Shown: positions 20,776 through 31,673 of the stretch, piece by piece
Layout of the letters: the number at the start of each line of letters is the position of its first letter
How positions within the stretch are numbered: position 1 is the first letter of the stretch
Assembly: GCA_964458565.1 (NCBI GenBank)
Contig: CAYWJO010000013.1
Coordinates: forward strand, 1 to 64,000
Length of the DNA stretch: 64,000 nt
Source of the DNA: an uncultured archaeon
GTDB taxonomy: Archaea > Asgardarchaeota > Thorarchaeia > Thorarchaeales > Thorarchaeaceae
Direction of reading: 5' to 3'
The notes under the pieces: generated by a model
Seen by the model: the letters and a program-made list of their open reading frames with translations, nothing else
What the model was told of the DNA's origin: nothing
Database searches by the model: none
Position numbers and translations under genes: made by a program

Positions 20776-22490
20776 CATTAGCAGACCTTCTCATTCTTCT
20801 TCGTCTTGATTTGCGACAGAGCTATAGAGTTACAGGCGCTAAAGGAAGCAGGACCACCCAGAAATCAACTCTCCGCCGTCTGTTACCGGTTCTTCTTGTC
20901 GTGGTGGTTGCCTCTATCATCATTTGGTTTATCGTAAGTATTGCACCTCCATTCTGGGCTGACATCGAAAACATAATTCTCAATGATCCCGGTCTTGGTG
21001 CAACTATCTTCAACGCCATTCTTCTTTTTGGATTACTAGGGTCTCTTATGATAAGTGCTACAACTGTAGGAAATAGCCAGAGAATGGAATATGTTATGGT
21101 CATGCCATTATCTCTGACCACCCTCTTTCTTGAGAAGATGATTATCATTGTGCTTTATAGTTCACTTCTTTGGATGGTCATCGGAGTGCCTATTTTCATT
21201 GGTTTGAGCATCGTATCGCCTGCTACTTTTGCATTTCTCTCAGTACCTGTCTTTGCACTCACACTCCTCACACTCACCTGCATCGGAGTTTCATTTGGTG
21301 GACTTTTGGGATTGATTGGTGCACGACTTGTTGCTGGGCGCCGTGTCTTGAAACAGGTAGGATACGCTCTATTCACATCTGTGGCTATTATTGCCAGCTC
21401 ATTGTGGTACCTCTCGATTTATCTGGGAGGTGATGAAGGAGGATTCTTCTTCGACATTTTCTTTGAAATTGCTGCCGCTCTTGGTTTCACTTCTAATATC
21501 ACTCCTGGTTATGTCGCAAGTGCAATCTCCCTGAATCTAGTCATAGGTGCACCAGTAGCATTAGAATCAATTATTGTTCTTTTAGTGATGACCCTTGCTG
21601 CGGGTCTTCTTCTCTATGGAAATGCTAAAGTCAGCGAACGAGCTCATTATAGCGGCTGGTTAACCTCTGGATCAAAAAGGTCCTCAATTAAAGAAATTAA
21701 AATCCAGCATGGTTCGTGGGATCCAAATCCAATTCCATGGATACGTCTCAACACAACGATCACTGCATCCATTTGGTATAATACTGCCAACATACGAAGA
21801 GAGGCTAGAGTTTTTACACAATATCTTCTTGGTCCATTACGATTTGCGATATGGATAATATTCCCTCTTCTCGCAGGAGTAGGCGAATTTGGATTCATAA
21901 CGCCGCTGCTTCTCATTGCAGTTTTGATACCCTTTGCAACCTCCTATGGAGTGTATTTCGCAGGGTATGAAACCGTCTATGAAGGTAAGAATCTGATGAA
22001 TTTACAGCTCGCAGGGGCCAATATGGTCGACTACATCAAAGGTAAAGCTATCAGTGCAGTACCATTTTCTGTAGGAGCTGCTGCAGTTGTATCTATCATT
22101 TTTATGCTATTCACTAGCATATCTGAGTGGATATTTGTTCCACTCATACTAATCTCAGCAGCAGCTACAACACTTGCATCCGGTGCAATAGCTGCAAATG
22201 CAGCATCACTAGGTGGAGATTTTAAAGCAAATCGTATGTTTGTGCGCCAGAGAGGTGCCTCTGTTCAGATGCCAATTAGGGGGTGGTCAATAATAAGAGC
22301 ACAGCTATTGCCTAATGTTATCGCATACATTGGAATTTTCGCTATGCTTATAGTTGGCATCTTCATGGGCTTTTTCTATTCATACATAGGCTTGTTCTTA
22401 TATGTTCTAATCTGCTTCTCACTATACAGAAGTTATTCATCAAGTGCAGGTAGAAATTTGATGAATATTGAAGCCACTGATTATCTCTAA
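20772..22490 (+). CDS. ABC exporter permease
   Basis: More than 12 hydrophobic segments; 4-nt overlap with the ATPase gene. Confidence 0.85.
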   Translation: MTLADLLILLRLDLRQSYRVTGAKGSRTTQKSTLRRLLPVLLVVVVASIIIWFIVSIAPPFWADIENIILNDPGLGATIFNAILLFGLLGSLMISATTVGNSQRMEYVMVMPLSLTTLFLEKMIIIVLYSSLLWMVIGVPIFIGLSIVSPATFAFLSVPVFALTLLTLTCIGVSFGGLLGLIGARLVAGRRVLKQVGYALFTSVAIIASSLWYLSIYLGGDEGGFFFDIFFEIAAALGFTSNITPGYVASAISLNLVIGAPVALESIIVLLVMTLAAGLLLYGNAKVSERAHYSGWLTSGSKRSSIKEIKIQHGSWDPNPIPWIRLNTTITASIWYNTANIRREARVFTQYLLGPLRFAIWIIFPLLAGVGEFGFITPLLLIAVLIPFATSYGVYFAGYETVYEGKNLMNLQLAGANMVDYIKGKAISAVPFSVGAAAVVSIIFMLFTSISEWIFVPLILISAAATTLASGAIAANAASLGGDFKANRMFVRQRGASVQMPIRGWSIIRAQLLPNVIAYIGIFAMLIVGIFMGFFYSYIGLFLYVLICFSLYRSYSSSAGRNLMNIEATDYL

Positions 22491-22493
22491 ATC

Positions 22494-23207
22494 CTAGTAT
22501 TCAGCAATCACTTTTGCATACGGTAAAGTTATGTCAGTATCAAAGTAGAGTCCTATCATCGGAGTTTCTATTTCAATAAGCGTGAAATCATCATTGGGTC
22601 CACTGGTAATCTCTATCTGTACATCTCCTGAACGCCCCTTCTTTATTTTATAGTCAAGATATGCTGCAGTAATCTGAGATATATCGTGTTCTCCTCCTTT
22701 TGAACTCGGGATCATTTTGACGTTTATATTAGGACCTGAATCTATCCATTCTCCTTCATCATCAAGAGTGCAGGTCGCTTTCAATAAAGTATGACCTTCA
22801 CGGATTGTCGTAGCTGTTAATGTATCACCGTTCCACTCCATAGATGTCTTTGCTTTCTTTCTAGGGTAACCCCAAATCTCTCTTCCTGCCGCAATTGAGG
22901 TATCTGTATCTGAATAGGCATGAGCAAAATATACACCGACCTCCTCCTCCTTGGTTTCTGGGTTATCAAACATACATTGGACAAGAATAGCTGATTCAAA
23001 GAACGCCCCGGTTTCCTTGCATGGTTGTTCCCCGAAGAGTACTCCTGCAAGAGGCATGGATGGAGGCCTGAGTGGTTCTGGTAGCATCTTTTCAATGCTC
23101 CCTTCTGGTGGATTAAAGAGGGCAAGTAGGATCTTAGCACCAACATAGTGATAGGGTGGTGCAGGATACAATGGACTATTCAACGGAGTACTAAATATCC
23201 CGCTCAT
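22494..23207 (-). CDS. Acetoacetate decarboxylase-like superfamily protein
   Basis: PLYPAPPYHY, LPEPL, AAGREIWGYPRKKA. Confidence 0.85.
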   Translation of the reverse strand: MSGIFSTPLNSPLYPAPPYHYVGAKILLALFNPPEGSIEKMLPEPLRPPSMPLAGVLFGEQPCKETGAFFESAILVQCMFDNPETKEEEVGVYFAHAYSDTDTSIAAGREIWGYPRKKAKTSMEWNGDTLTATTIREGHTLLKATCTLDDEGEWIDSGPNINVKMIPSSKGGEHDISQITAAYLDYKIKKGRSGDVQIEITSGPNDDFTLIEIETPMIGLYFDTDITLPYAKVIAEY

Positions 23208-23317
23208 TTCTCATCAGCAATTCATTGGTACTATCCATGTATTGAATCTGTCGAGTATGCGATGTATGTGTACGCGGAATTCAATTTAACGCTCGTAGGA
23301 TAAGATGACCTATGAAT

Positions 23318-24208
23318 TCAGAGATTCATTCGTTTGAAAATCCATGGCCAAACAACAACTCCGACGATGACTAATATTACATAGCGAAGTGTTCTCAACC
23401 ATACTATCTCAGAGGGGAGAAGGAAATCAAGAGAAAGTACAATTATCAGTCCCACAATTATGATGAGTCCAATCACTACTCTAATGACAAGACGCCATTT
23501 TTGACCATTGTACGAATCGACACTGAAATTGACATATCTTTTTTCAAGAGGCAAACTGATGGCTAAACCTATCAATAGTCCACCATACACTCCAAAATTA
23601 TCATTATCTGGAATTGTTTCAGGGGGAAACAATATCGTGGTCAGAATTGTGGTGAGTAAACCAAACACAAAGAGACCTCCATAGAGAACTAGGTCACTCT
23701 TCTGCGAGATGGCATTAGCTATCTTTGGTTCAAGAAAGTGGATTGATACTATTATGAGAATACCAATTCCCCATCCCAGAAGTACATCCTCAAGATAATG
23801 AACTCCCAAAACCACACGAGAAATCCCAATCAAGGTAGCTAACACTGCTGCAATTATTATTGCGTAGAACTTCTTTACTTTCAGCCCAATCCAGCCAAAG
23901 AGAGAAGTTGAGTTTTGAGCGTGACCACTCGGTGTGCTATAGTTTACATCTGAATATCCTTGATATCCATAACTTGCGTCTGGTCTTGGATTCGCAATGA
24001 TTACTTTCAACCAGTAGTTGATTATTAGAGAAGTGATCAACACAAATCCAGTTATTATAGTCTCTCTCTTCTTGAATGCCCAAAATCCAGATAGAACCAG
24101 ACCGATGAAGAATAATTCCGAACCTAATTCAGTAATCATTCTAAAAAAAGGAGCTGCCCATCCTAGGACATCCTGAATATACTCAACAACTCCAATATCA
24201 AATTGCAT
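23318..24208 (-). CDS. PAP2-family membrane lipid phosphatase
   Basis: KxxxxxxRP, PSGH, SRVVLGVHYLED. Confidence 0.92.
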   Translation of the reverse strand: MQFDIGVVEYIQDVLGWAAPFFRMITELGSELFFIGLVLSGFWAFKKRETIITGFVLITSLIINYWLKVIIANPRPDASYGYQGYSDVNYSTPSGHAQNSTSLFGWIGLKVKKFYAIIIAAVLATLIGISRVVLGVHYLEDVLLGWGIGILIIVSIHFLEPKIANAISQKSDLVLYGGLFVFGLLTTILTTILFPPETIPDNDNFGVYGGLLIGLAISLPLEKRYVNFSVDSYNGQKWRLVIRVVIGLIIIVGLIIVLSLDFLLPSEIVWLRTLRYVILVIVGVVVWPWIFKRMNL

Positions 24209-24273
24209 GTATCGTTCTCCTCTATCTATTTCAGAGAATTCCTAAGCTCATCACAAGAGAAAAACATTATGAG

Positions 24274-26085
24274 TCAGCTCAAACCGAGCTCTTTGATTCT
24301 ATCTGCTGATGGTTTTCCGCTCTTGCGATTCCAACCCCGATAGTCATACCATTTGTTAAGTTGTGCTTCGACATCCGGTACGTGTTCTTCTGTTGGCCCC
24401 TCAAGCGGCTGTAGTAATAATTCTGGTAGTTTCTCACTTTCCACATTATAACCAAGTTTCAGATTTAGTAATCTCATAAGGGTGAATATCCTCTCCCCTG
24501 TAACTCTTAGTTCATCTACAGTCATGTCCCACCCCACTACCAAGTTGAATAATTTTGCCAGCTCCTCTCCCTGAATGGGATAGAAATTACATATTACAGA
24601 TGAGTTTGTCAGACAGCGAAAATTCTGAACACGTGCGACTAAATCTGCCTCATTTTCGAAACGGTCTAGACTCTCAATTTCAAAACTGGGATCTTCCACA
24701 CCCATCTGGATGTTATACATATCCGCACTCATATGACATGCACCCCTTGGACCAGTCGCATAACCAGTTGCCATCCCTGAAAAGCCTCGAGGATCATGCA
24801 CAGGAGGTTCCAAACCATTCACATGAACTGCATATTTCTCCAAACCAAACTCACTTGCAAATCGTAAGGCACCTTCTGCGAGAAGATCTCCCACTCCATC
24901 TCTGTTTGCAATCTTTTCAATCATCTCTAAAGCTGTGTCAACATCTCCCCACTCAGGAGTCAGCCCATCCAGATCATCAGCTCCAATTTTTCCTTCCTTG
25001 AATAGATAGTACGCAAGAGCAATAGTATTACCTCCTGATATAGTGTCAATCCCATAAAGATCGAGCATCTTGTTGATATATGCAAGTGCCTCAATGTCAT
25101 TGTTTAGTATGAGCGTTCCCATTGACCCAGTAACTTCTAGTTCTGGTCCCGCAAATTCTCCCGTCATGTATTTTCCATTTGTTACGTTGATTTTCCTTCC
25201 ACAACCAATCGGGCATCGAAAACATGCACTCTTACCCACAAGTATGGTTTCTTTCATACTAGTTCCACTCAGGTTATAGGAATCAAAGTCTGAAACCGTG
25301 TAATATCCTGCTGGAAGTGAACCATACATCATGCTGGCCATGTCAACAAATCCAGTTGTACCTAGATCTGAATACATAATGAAGGTAGGATCTTCTTTCT
25401 TATCCTCATTGAGATTTTTAACATATTCAAGAAGTCCGTCGGGATCGTTTACTGGTACCTTTCGATTACTACCATTGACAACAATTGCTTTGAGGTTTTT
25501 TGAGCCCATTACGGCTCCCATTCCTGTTCGTCCAGCAGCTCGATAATGATCGACCATTATACACGCATACTTGACCATATTCTCTCCTGCAATACCGATT
25601 CTAGCAATTCCTGCATTCTTAAACCCGGTTTCTGTTTTGAGGATGTCCCATACTTCCTGGGTGTTTTTTCCCCAAAGATGCGTTGCGTCTACAATCTCGA
25701 TTTGTGAATCATTTATGAAGAGGTAACATGGTATACTTGATTTTCCCTCTATGACTATCCCATCCAAACCTGCAAACTTTATGTCTGCTCCCAAATGACC
25801 TCCAACTGTGCTGTACCCAAGTATTCCCGTCTGTGGTGATCTTGCGCAAAATGTCATTTTACTTCCTGTGGGTACCATAGTTCCTGCAAATGGACCGGGG
25901 AGTAATATCAGTGGATTCTCAGAACCGAGCGGATCCGTATTTTCATCTATCTTGTCATATAGTAGCTTGGTTCCAAGTCCAGCACCACCATAGAATGACC
26001 GAAGAACACTCTCTTCGATTTCAAAATTCGTGACTTCTTCAGTACTCAAGTCAACTCGAAGAAAGTTCCCTACAAATCCTTTCAT
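24274..26085 (-). CDS. aor: Tungsten-dependent aldehyde:ferredoxin oxidoreductase
   Basis: RSPQTG, AAGRTGMGAVMGSKNLKAI, CFRCPIGC, GIDTIS, HDPR, RGACH. Confidence 0.95.
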   Translation of the reverse strand: MKGFVGNFLRVDLSTEEVTNFEIEESVLRSFYGGAGLGTKLLYDKIDENTDPLGSENPLILLPGPFAGTMVPTGSKMTFCARSPQTGILGYSTVGGHLGADIKFAGLDGIVIEGKSSIPCYLFINDSQIEIVDATHLWGKNTQEVWDILKTETGFKNAGIARIGIAGENMVKYACIMVDHYRAAGRTGMGAVMGSKNLKAIVVNGSNRKVPVNDPDGLLEYVKNLNEDKKEDPTFIMYSDLGTTGFVDMASMMYGSLPAGYYTVSDFDSYNLSGTSMKETILVGKSACFRCPIGCGRKINVTNGKYMTGEFAGPELEVTGSMGTLILNNDIEALAYINKMLDLYGIDTISGGNTIALAYYLFKEGKIGADDLDGLTPEWGDVDTALEMIEKIANRDGVGDLLAEGALRFASEFGLEKYAVHVNGLEPPVHDPRGFSGMATGYATGPRGACHMSADMYNIQMGVEDPSFEIESLDRFENEADLVARVQNFRCLTNSSVICNFYPIQGEELAKLFNLVVGWDMTVDELRVTGERIFTLMRLLNLKLGYNVESEKLPELLLQPLEGPTEEHVPDVEAQLNKWYDYRGWNRKSGKPSADRIKELGLS

Positions 26086-26097
26086 TGTCTGTTACCC

Positions 26098-27270
26098 CTA
26101 GAAGTCGATAGTTTTTCCTGCGAACATATATTCATAGAATTTCTTTAACCCATCACTATCAATGAAACGTGGATTCATCGTAATTGAAGAGTCCATCATA
26201 GTGAATTCTATGAGTCGGTCTAGTTTTTCTTCAAAATCCTTCTTGGAAAGTCCCGCCTCTTTCAGATTTGATGGTGCACCAACAGATTTCATTAATTCCC
26301 TAATTCTTTTCGCAAATTCCAATGCTGCTTTTGATGGATCTGTTTCATGAATTCCGATTAGAGCGGCTAACTCTTGGTAATTTCTTGCGGCATCTTCTTC
26401 GTCTTTCTGGTTGAACTCGATTGTGTATGGTAAGGCCATTCCGACTGCCATGCCATGCTGGAGTCGATGAACCGAACCAAGACAGTGTCCTAGAGAGTGT
26501 GCGAGAGCTACCTGTGAATTGCTAAAGGACATTCCAGCAAGGCTCGCTGCAATAAGCATTTTCTCTCTAGCTTCCAGGTCCTCTAGATTCTCTACTGATT
26601 TTGGTAGCCACTCAAAGACCATTTTAACAGCCTTCATACTACAGGCATCGGAGAAGTCGTTTTTCCACATAGATACGAATCCCTCTACTGCATGAGTCAA
26701 GGCATCCATTCCTGTATATGCTGTGAGGCTCTTTGGAAGTCCTTTGACGAAGATGGGCTCCAGGATTGCAATATCCGGTACCAGTTCTGGATTTGTGGTG
26801 GCGAATTTTCTTCCAGTTTCGTCCTCTCGAATGACTATTGCTTTTGTTGATTCGGATCCTGTCCCTGCAGTTGTGGGGATACAGATTAAACGAGCTTTCT
26901 GTCGCAAGTTGAGTGGTTCCAATGGAGTCACAGCTTCTAATCTGATTTTAGGATGTTCATAGAGAATCCAAGCTGCCTTTGCTGTGTCCATGACACTTCC
27001 ACCCCCTATCGCGATAATCCAATCGGGCTCAAAATATGTCATCGCAGCAGCTGCATCCTTGACAGTCGAAACTCGAGGGTCTGGTTCTGCACAATCCCAA
27101 ATAGCGACATCCCATTGACAACCAGTAAGTATGTCGCTTACCTTTGCTGGAAATCCAAATCCGTTAACTATTTTATCCGTTACTATGAATGCTTTTGAAC
27201 CTGACAATTGCTCAAGATCTTCAAGTGCGTCTTCTCCAAAGATTATCTTTGGAATATCAAACCACCACAT
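26098..27270 (-). CDS. Iron-containing alcohol dehydrogenase
   Basis: GGGSVMDTAK, PTTAGTGSE, DALTHAVE, HSLGH, HG. Confidence 0.95.
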   Translation of the reverse strand: MWWFDIPKIIFGEDALEDLEQLSGSKAFIVTDKIVNGFGFPAKVSDILTGCQWDVAIWDCAEPDPRVSTVKDAAAAMTYFEPDWIIAIGGGSVMDTAKAAWILYEHPKIRLEAVTPLEPLNLRQKARLICIPTTAGTGSESTKAIVIREDETGRKFATTNPELVPDIAILEPIFVKGLPKSLTAYTGMDALTHAVEGFVSMWKNDFSDACSMKAVKMVFEWLPKSVENLEDLEAREKMLIAASLAGMSFSNSQVALAHSLGHCLGSVHRLQHGMAVGMALPYTIEFNQKDEEDAARNYQELAALIGIHETDPSKAALEFAKRIRELMKSVGAPSNLKEAGLSKKDFEEKLDRLIEFTMMDSSITMNPRFIDSDGLKKFYEYMFAGKTIDF

Positions 27271-27352
27271 TGTCTAATCTCTCCTATTCTTTTGACCTAA
27301 TATGTTACAAATGCACTAACCCTTACTTTAATCCTGCTATCTTTTGACTGGC

Positions 27353-28459
27353 TCAGCTAATAGTGCTTGGAAGTCTCTTAATAACTTGAATTGCCTCAGC
27401 GATGATTTGTGCTATAAGATCCTCTACGGTTGGAAGATCGTTAATTCTCCCTACTACTTCTCCACCAAACATCAATGCAGTATCAGGTCTTCCATCAATT
27501 AGATGCTCAAAACCCTCCCGTTCTAAATCAAGAATCGCCTCATTCGATTCTACAGGTTCACCAAGATAGAAATGAGGAACGTCATCAAGTGTCTGCTGAA
27601 CAATATCTTCAGCTCGTTTGTTTCTCAAGAAACGCATTGGGCCAAATAACCCTCGACCTGTGAGGGTCTGTCTTTCCTCGCGCATCATCACCGCTTGTTT
27701 CCACATATCCTCAAAATCACTCTCTTGTGTCGCAATGAATCGAGTTCCCATCTGTATTCCTTTTGCTCCAAGTGCAAGCGCTGCTGCGAGTGTGTTTCCG
27801 TCGCAAAACCCTCCTGCTGCTACAACAGGAACCTTGACTGCATTAGCTACTGCTGGGACAAGAACCATTGAATGTACTGGGTCCCAGGAAACATGAGCAC
27901 CGCCCTCATGACCTGATGCAATGATAATATCCGCTCCACTTTTTTCGGCTTTCTTCGCATGATATACGGAGGGAACAACATGTGCCCAGATGAGACCGTG
28001 TTTCTTCACTTCAACCCATGGAGTCGGATTACCTGCCGAAGTTATTAAAACTCTCAACTGTCTTTCAACATCGGAACTAGCTTCTCTTGCTTGAATTACC
28101 TCCTCAACGAACATTTTAGACGCAAGAATGAATTCTGCAGCCACAGGCACATTTACTCCAAACACTCCTTTCTTGCCTTTGGTTTCTTTTGTGACACGGT
28201 CAATCGACTTCTGTAGAATTACCCTGGGTGGATCTGACCCAAATAGCTTCACTGGATCAATTGGGGCTGCTTCAGGTAGAAGTGATGCTGCCATTCCTAT
28301 GCTACTTATCACTCCTAGCGCTCCTGCGTTTGATATTGCTATAGCTAGGTCCTCTGTCTTGTATGGTCCCATTCCCCCTTGAAGGATGGGATGTTGGATT
28401 CCGAGTATGTCACAGAGTTCCGTATGAATCGACAAAGGGACCACTTTATCCTCATTCAT
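27353..28459 (-). CDS. FMN-dependent nitronate monooxygenase / FabK-like enoyl reductase family protein
   Basis: PILQGGMG, GHEGGAH, PVVAAGG, GIQMGTRF. The start overlaps the SCP2 stop. Confidence 0.88.
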   Translation of the reverse strand: MNEDKVVPLSIHTELCDILGIQHPILQGGMGPYKTEDLAIAISNAGALGVISSIGMAASLLPEAAPIDPVKLFGSDPPRVILQKSIDRVTKETKGKKGVFGVNVPVAAEFILASKMFVEEVIQAREASSDVERQLRVLITSAGNPTPWVEVKKHGLIWAHVVPSVYHAKKAEKSGADIIIASGHEGGAHVSWDPVHSMVLVPAVANAVKVPVVAAGGFCDGNTLAAALALGAKGIQMGTRFIATQESDFEDMWKQAVMMREERQTLTGRGLFGPMRFLRNKRAEDIVQQTLDDVPHFYLGEPVESNEAILDLEREGFEHLIDGRPDTALMFGGEVVGRINDLPTVEDLIAQIIAEAIQVIKRLPSTIS

Positions 28460-28862
28460 CAGGGAATCTTGTAGGTACTTGATTAGCTGTTGCCACAAGT
28501 TCAGCAGCGGCTTTGGTGTATCTCATTATTTTACCCATTTCACCTGTTAGTTTGAACTTTCTTGACATGATTCCTTTTATCGGATCTATTTTTCCATCGA
28601 ATAATAACTTCCAATTCTTCAATGGTCCGGCGTAGATGAATTCAGCTTCATCACCTGGTTCAGCCATTCTAGCCTCACGGCACTTTCCATGCCATAGATC
28701 AATGTAGAAACGTTCTGGTTCTTCGTCTTCCGTCCCATCAATCTGGAAAATAAAATCGCCTGTCCAATCTCTTGCACTATCTTCATAAGCCTTGTTTGCA
28801 TTAAGAAGCTCCAAATATTTCTCAATCCACTCTGGTGAAGGAAACAGCAGTTTTTCGGTCAT
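28452..28862 (-). CDS. SCP2 sterol/lipid-carrier domain protein
   Basis: FPSPEW, WKLLFDGKIDPIKGIMSRKFKLTGEM. ATG at 28862. Confidence 0.88.
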   Translation of the reverse strand: MTEKLLFPSPEWIEKYLELLNANKAYEDSARDWTGDFIFQIDGTEDEEPERFYIDLWHGKCREARMAEPGDEAEFIYAGPLKNWKLLFDGKIDPIKGIMSRKFKLTGEMGKIMRYTKAAAELVATANQVPTRFPDE

Positions 28863-28970
28863 TATCAATCTCTCCAATCTTTGACATGTTGTGAACGTCA
28901 TAAACATTGTGACTAATAAAACGCATTGATGCCTTAAACACCTCATTTCTAATGAAGCTGAATAATTAAT

Positions 28971-29621
28971 TCAATAATTAACCAGAGGGAGATTTAATCC
29001 CTTAGCTAATTGTCTCTGTTTTTCCAGACGTCCTATACTATCAACCCAGTGCGCATCACTGCCCAGACTAAATTTACATCCCTGGTCTCTTGCAATTTCA
29101 AGAAAATACTCCCATTGACACTCATACCGCAAACTCAACTCAACTGCTATATTTTTCTCTGCGAGTACAGACGCTACTGATTCTCCGTCTTCTTTTCTGA
29201 AATTTTCCAAATATCCGTCCCAGTGACCCAGAATATCAAATTTGGCTTTCTCTAAAACACGAGTGAGTGTACGTTCCCATCTCATTGAGTCACAAGGATA
29301 ATGTATCGAGCCAATAATGATATCAAACTGATCAAGACCTCCTGCTACAGGCTCAAGCTGACCATCCAATGTTATATCTACCTCAACTCCATCCAGTATC
29401 TTTAAACTTGGAAACTCATTTCTTGCATCTTCAATGTCAGTTCTTCTTCTCTGAATCACATTCATGCCGCCTTTCTGTGATCCGATTGAAGGCCAAAAAT
29501 GATCTGTGAGTGCTATTACTTCCAAGTTGAGTGTGTTTGCTCTCTCAGCCGCTTCTCTAACAATTATCCTACCATCTGAATACTTTGTATGGATATGGAG
29601 GTCTTGTCGCTGTTTTGTCAT
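28971..29621 (-). CDS. PHP-domain phosphoesterase
   Basis: DLHIHTKYSDG, TDH, GVE, GSIH, GSDAH. Confidence 0.9.
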   Translation of the reverse strand: MTKQRQDLHIHTKYSDGRIIVREAAERANTLNLEVIALTDHFWPSIGSQKGGMNVIQRRRTDIEDARNEFPSLKILDGVEVDITLDGQLEPVAGGLDQFDIIIGSIHYPCDSMRWERTLTRVLEKAKFDILGHWDGYLENFRKEDGESVASVLAEKNIAVELSLRYECQWEYFLEIARDQGCKFSLGSDAHWVDSIGRLEKQRQLAKGLNLPLVNY

Positions 29622-29715
29622 ATTCCTTCACTCGATAAATTCTGGCATTCGAATACTCAATTGGTAGCCCTTTTAACAGAAGTGTTATCCGAGCTGAATC
29701 GAGGTTTGAGTAGCT

Positions 29716-31494
29716 TTGTTGGACCATATGTCATGGGATCTCACTCCAATGGTTGAAGGTGCGAAAGTTCCTACAGTGAAGAAAATGATTGAGCAGCGTC
29801 TCAAGAAAATAGAAGCGCATCTAACAAATTGTGACGATGTCATTGCAGGTGGAATGCCACACGAGCTTGTAGAATTTTTAGTAGAATATGAGCGTTTGCT
29901 CGTTCCAATATCTGATGTTCTTTCATATTGTGGATTGACCTACTACACAGATACTACCGACAAGGATGGAAATCAGCTAAACACTTGGTATCTGACATAC
30001 AGGAGTCATTTAGAATCTATGCAGACCGTTTTTGAACTCAAGCTAAGTAACTTGCTCATGAGGCAACCCGATTTAGTCAATCATGACGACCTATCTACAT
30101 ATCGTCATTATCTTGAACGGATTCTAGCAAGTGCTCCCTATCAACTCAGTGAGAGAGAAGAAACCTTAGCATCTGCAAAGGATGTTAATGGTATTCATAC
30201 AATTTCACAACTTCAAGAGGCTTGGGTCTCTCAGAAGGAATTCGATTTAGAAATCGGAGGTGAACGTAGGAAATTAACATTTCCTGAATTGAGTGCTTTG
30301 CGACTTGACGCAGATCGGGACGTACGTGAGATGGCCACTTTAACACTCTACAAAAGCTATGCAGATGACAGTATGATGCATGGTCTTGCTCTGAAGTCAA
30401 TATGCTCTGACCATGTGATGATGACCCAACGCCGGGGGCTCCCGTCAACTATGACTCAGAGTCTTCTAGACCAGGATGTTGAGGAATCCGCGATTGATGC
30501 GCTACTCACTACAATTGAGGAAACATCTTCTGTCTTTCAGGAATTCTTGAAGTTGAAAGCTAAGTTTTTCGGCACCAAGAAACTTCTTGGACATGATGTG
30601 ATTGCACCTTGGACGAATGACCCAATATGGAGTTTTGAATACAGCAAAGCTCGAGATATTATTGTAGATTCTTTCAAGTCCTTCGATTCAGAACTTGGTG
30701 ACGTGGTTGAAAACATGTTCACAAATCATCGAATTGACGCTGCTAACAGAGTTGGCAAACGAGGTGGTGCTTTCTGTGCAGGTTGGTATAGTGATAAGAA
30801 GTCATATGTTTTTATGAATTTCAATAAGTCTCTTAGGGATGCTGCCATATTAGCTCATGAGAATGGACATGCAGCTCAACATCATCTCATTTACAACTCC
30901 CAGACTCCACTAAATTATAGGTCCTCCTCATGTATGGCTGAATGTGGAAGTATCTTTGGAGAGCTTCTTCTAACTGATAAAATCCTTTCAATATCAAAAA
31001 CTGATGGTCAGCGAATGGAAGCACTGAGTGGAACGCTCAATGACTACTTCTATGTTGTTTATTACGTTGGCACACGAGCATTGTTCGAGCGGACGCTCTA
31101 TGATGTAATCGAAGATGGTCGGAATCTCGATGCTGAACTTGCATGTGAATTATGGACAGCTGCTAAGAACAAGATATTTGGTGATGCTGTTGATTGGACT
31201 CCTTACATGGAATATGAGTGGGCTCGGATTCCGCATTTCTTTTTCCCGAATTTCCGCTTCTACAATTATAGCTACAGTTTTGCTCAGATGCTAGTGTATG
31301 CGGTCTATGACGAATATAAAAGAGGTGAAGCTGATTTCAACAATCGTTTCAAATGCCTTCTCGCCACTGGTTCCAGTTTGAGTCCGAAACAGCAGATTGC
31401 ACAATTTGGCTATGATCTTGATGATCCTGGATTCTGGAAGATGGGTCCACGACAAGCTGATAGATTACTTTCAGAACTAAAGAAACTGATATGA
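29716..31494 (+). CDS. pepF: Oligoendopeptidase F (M3B)
   Basis: WDL, GKRGGAFC, HENGH zinc motif, AECGS, WARIPH, FYNYSY. Confidence 0.93.
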   Translation: MLDHMSWDLTPMVEGAKVPTVKKMIEQRLKKIEAHLTNCDDVIAGGMPHELVEFLVEYERLLVPISDVLSYCGLTYYTDTTDKDGNQLNTWYLTYRSHLESMQTVFELKLSNLLMRQPDLVNHDDLSTYRHYLERILASAPYQLSEREETLASAKDVNGIHTISQLQEAWVSQKEFDLEIGGERRKLTFPELSALRLDADRDVREMATLTLYKSYADDSMMHGLALKSICSDHVMMTQRRGLPSTMTQSLLDQDVEESAIDALLTTIEETSSVFQEFLKLKAKFFGTKKLLGHDVIAPWTNDPIWSFEYSKARDIIVDSFKSFDSELGDVVENMFTNHRIDAANRVGKRGGAFCAGWYSDKKSYVFMNFNKSLRDAAILAHENGHAAQHHLIYNSQTPLNYRSSSCMAECGSIFGELLLTDKILSISKTDGQRMEALSGTLNDYFYVVYYVGTRALFERTLYDVIEDGRNLDAELACELWTAAKNKIFGDAVDWTPYMEYEWARIPHFFFPNFRFYNYSYSFAQMLVYAVYDEYKRGEADFNNRFKCLLATGSSLSPKQQIAQFGYDLDDPGFWKMGPRQADRLLSELKKLI

Positions 31495-31673
31495 ACTCTT
31501 GAAAGTTACTAGAGCTTTGAATTTACGAGAGGTATAATCAAAGCTCATTTCTTCTTTCTTTTTCCATCCTTTGTTTTAGCTTCACCAAACACTAGTCCCA
31601 TAAAACTATGAATTTCTTTTATACACACTATAGTAGTTTTTAGAATCCTACATATTCACAATAAAATGGTATA

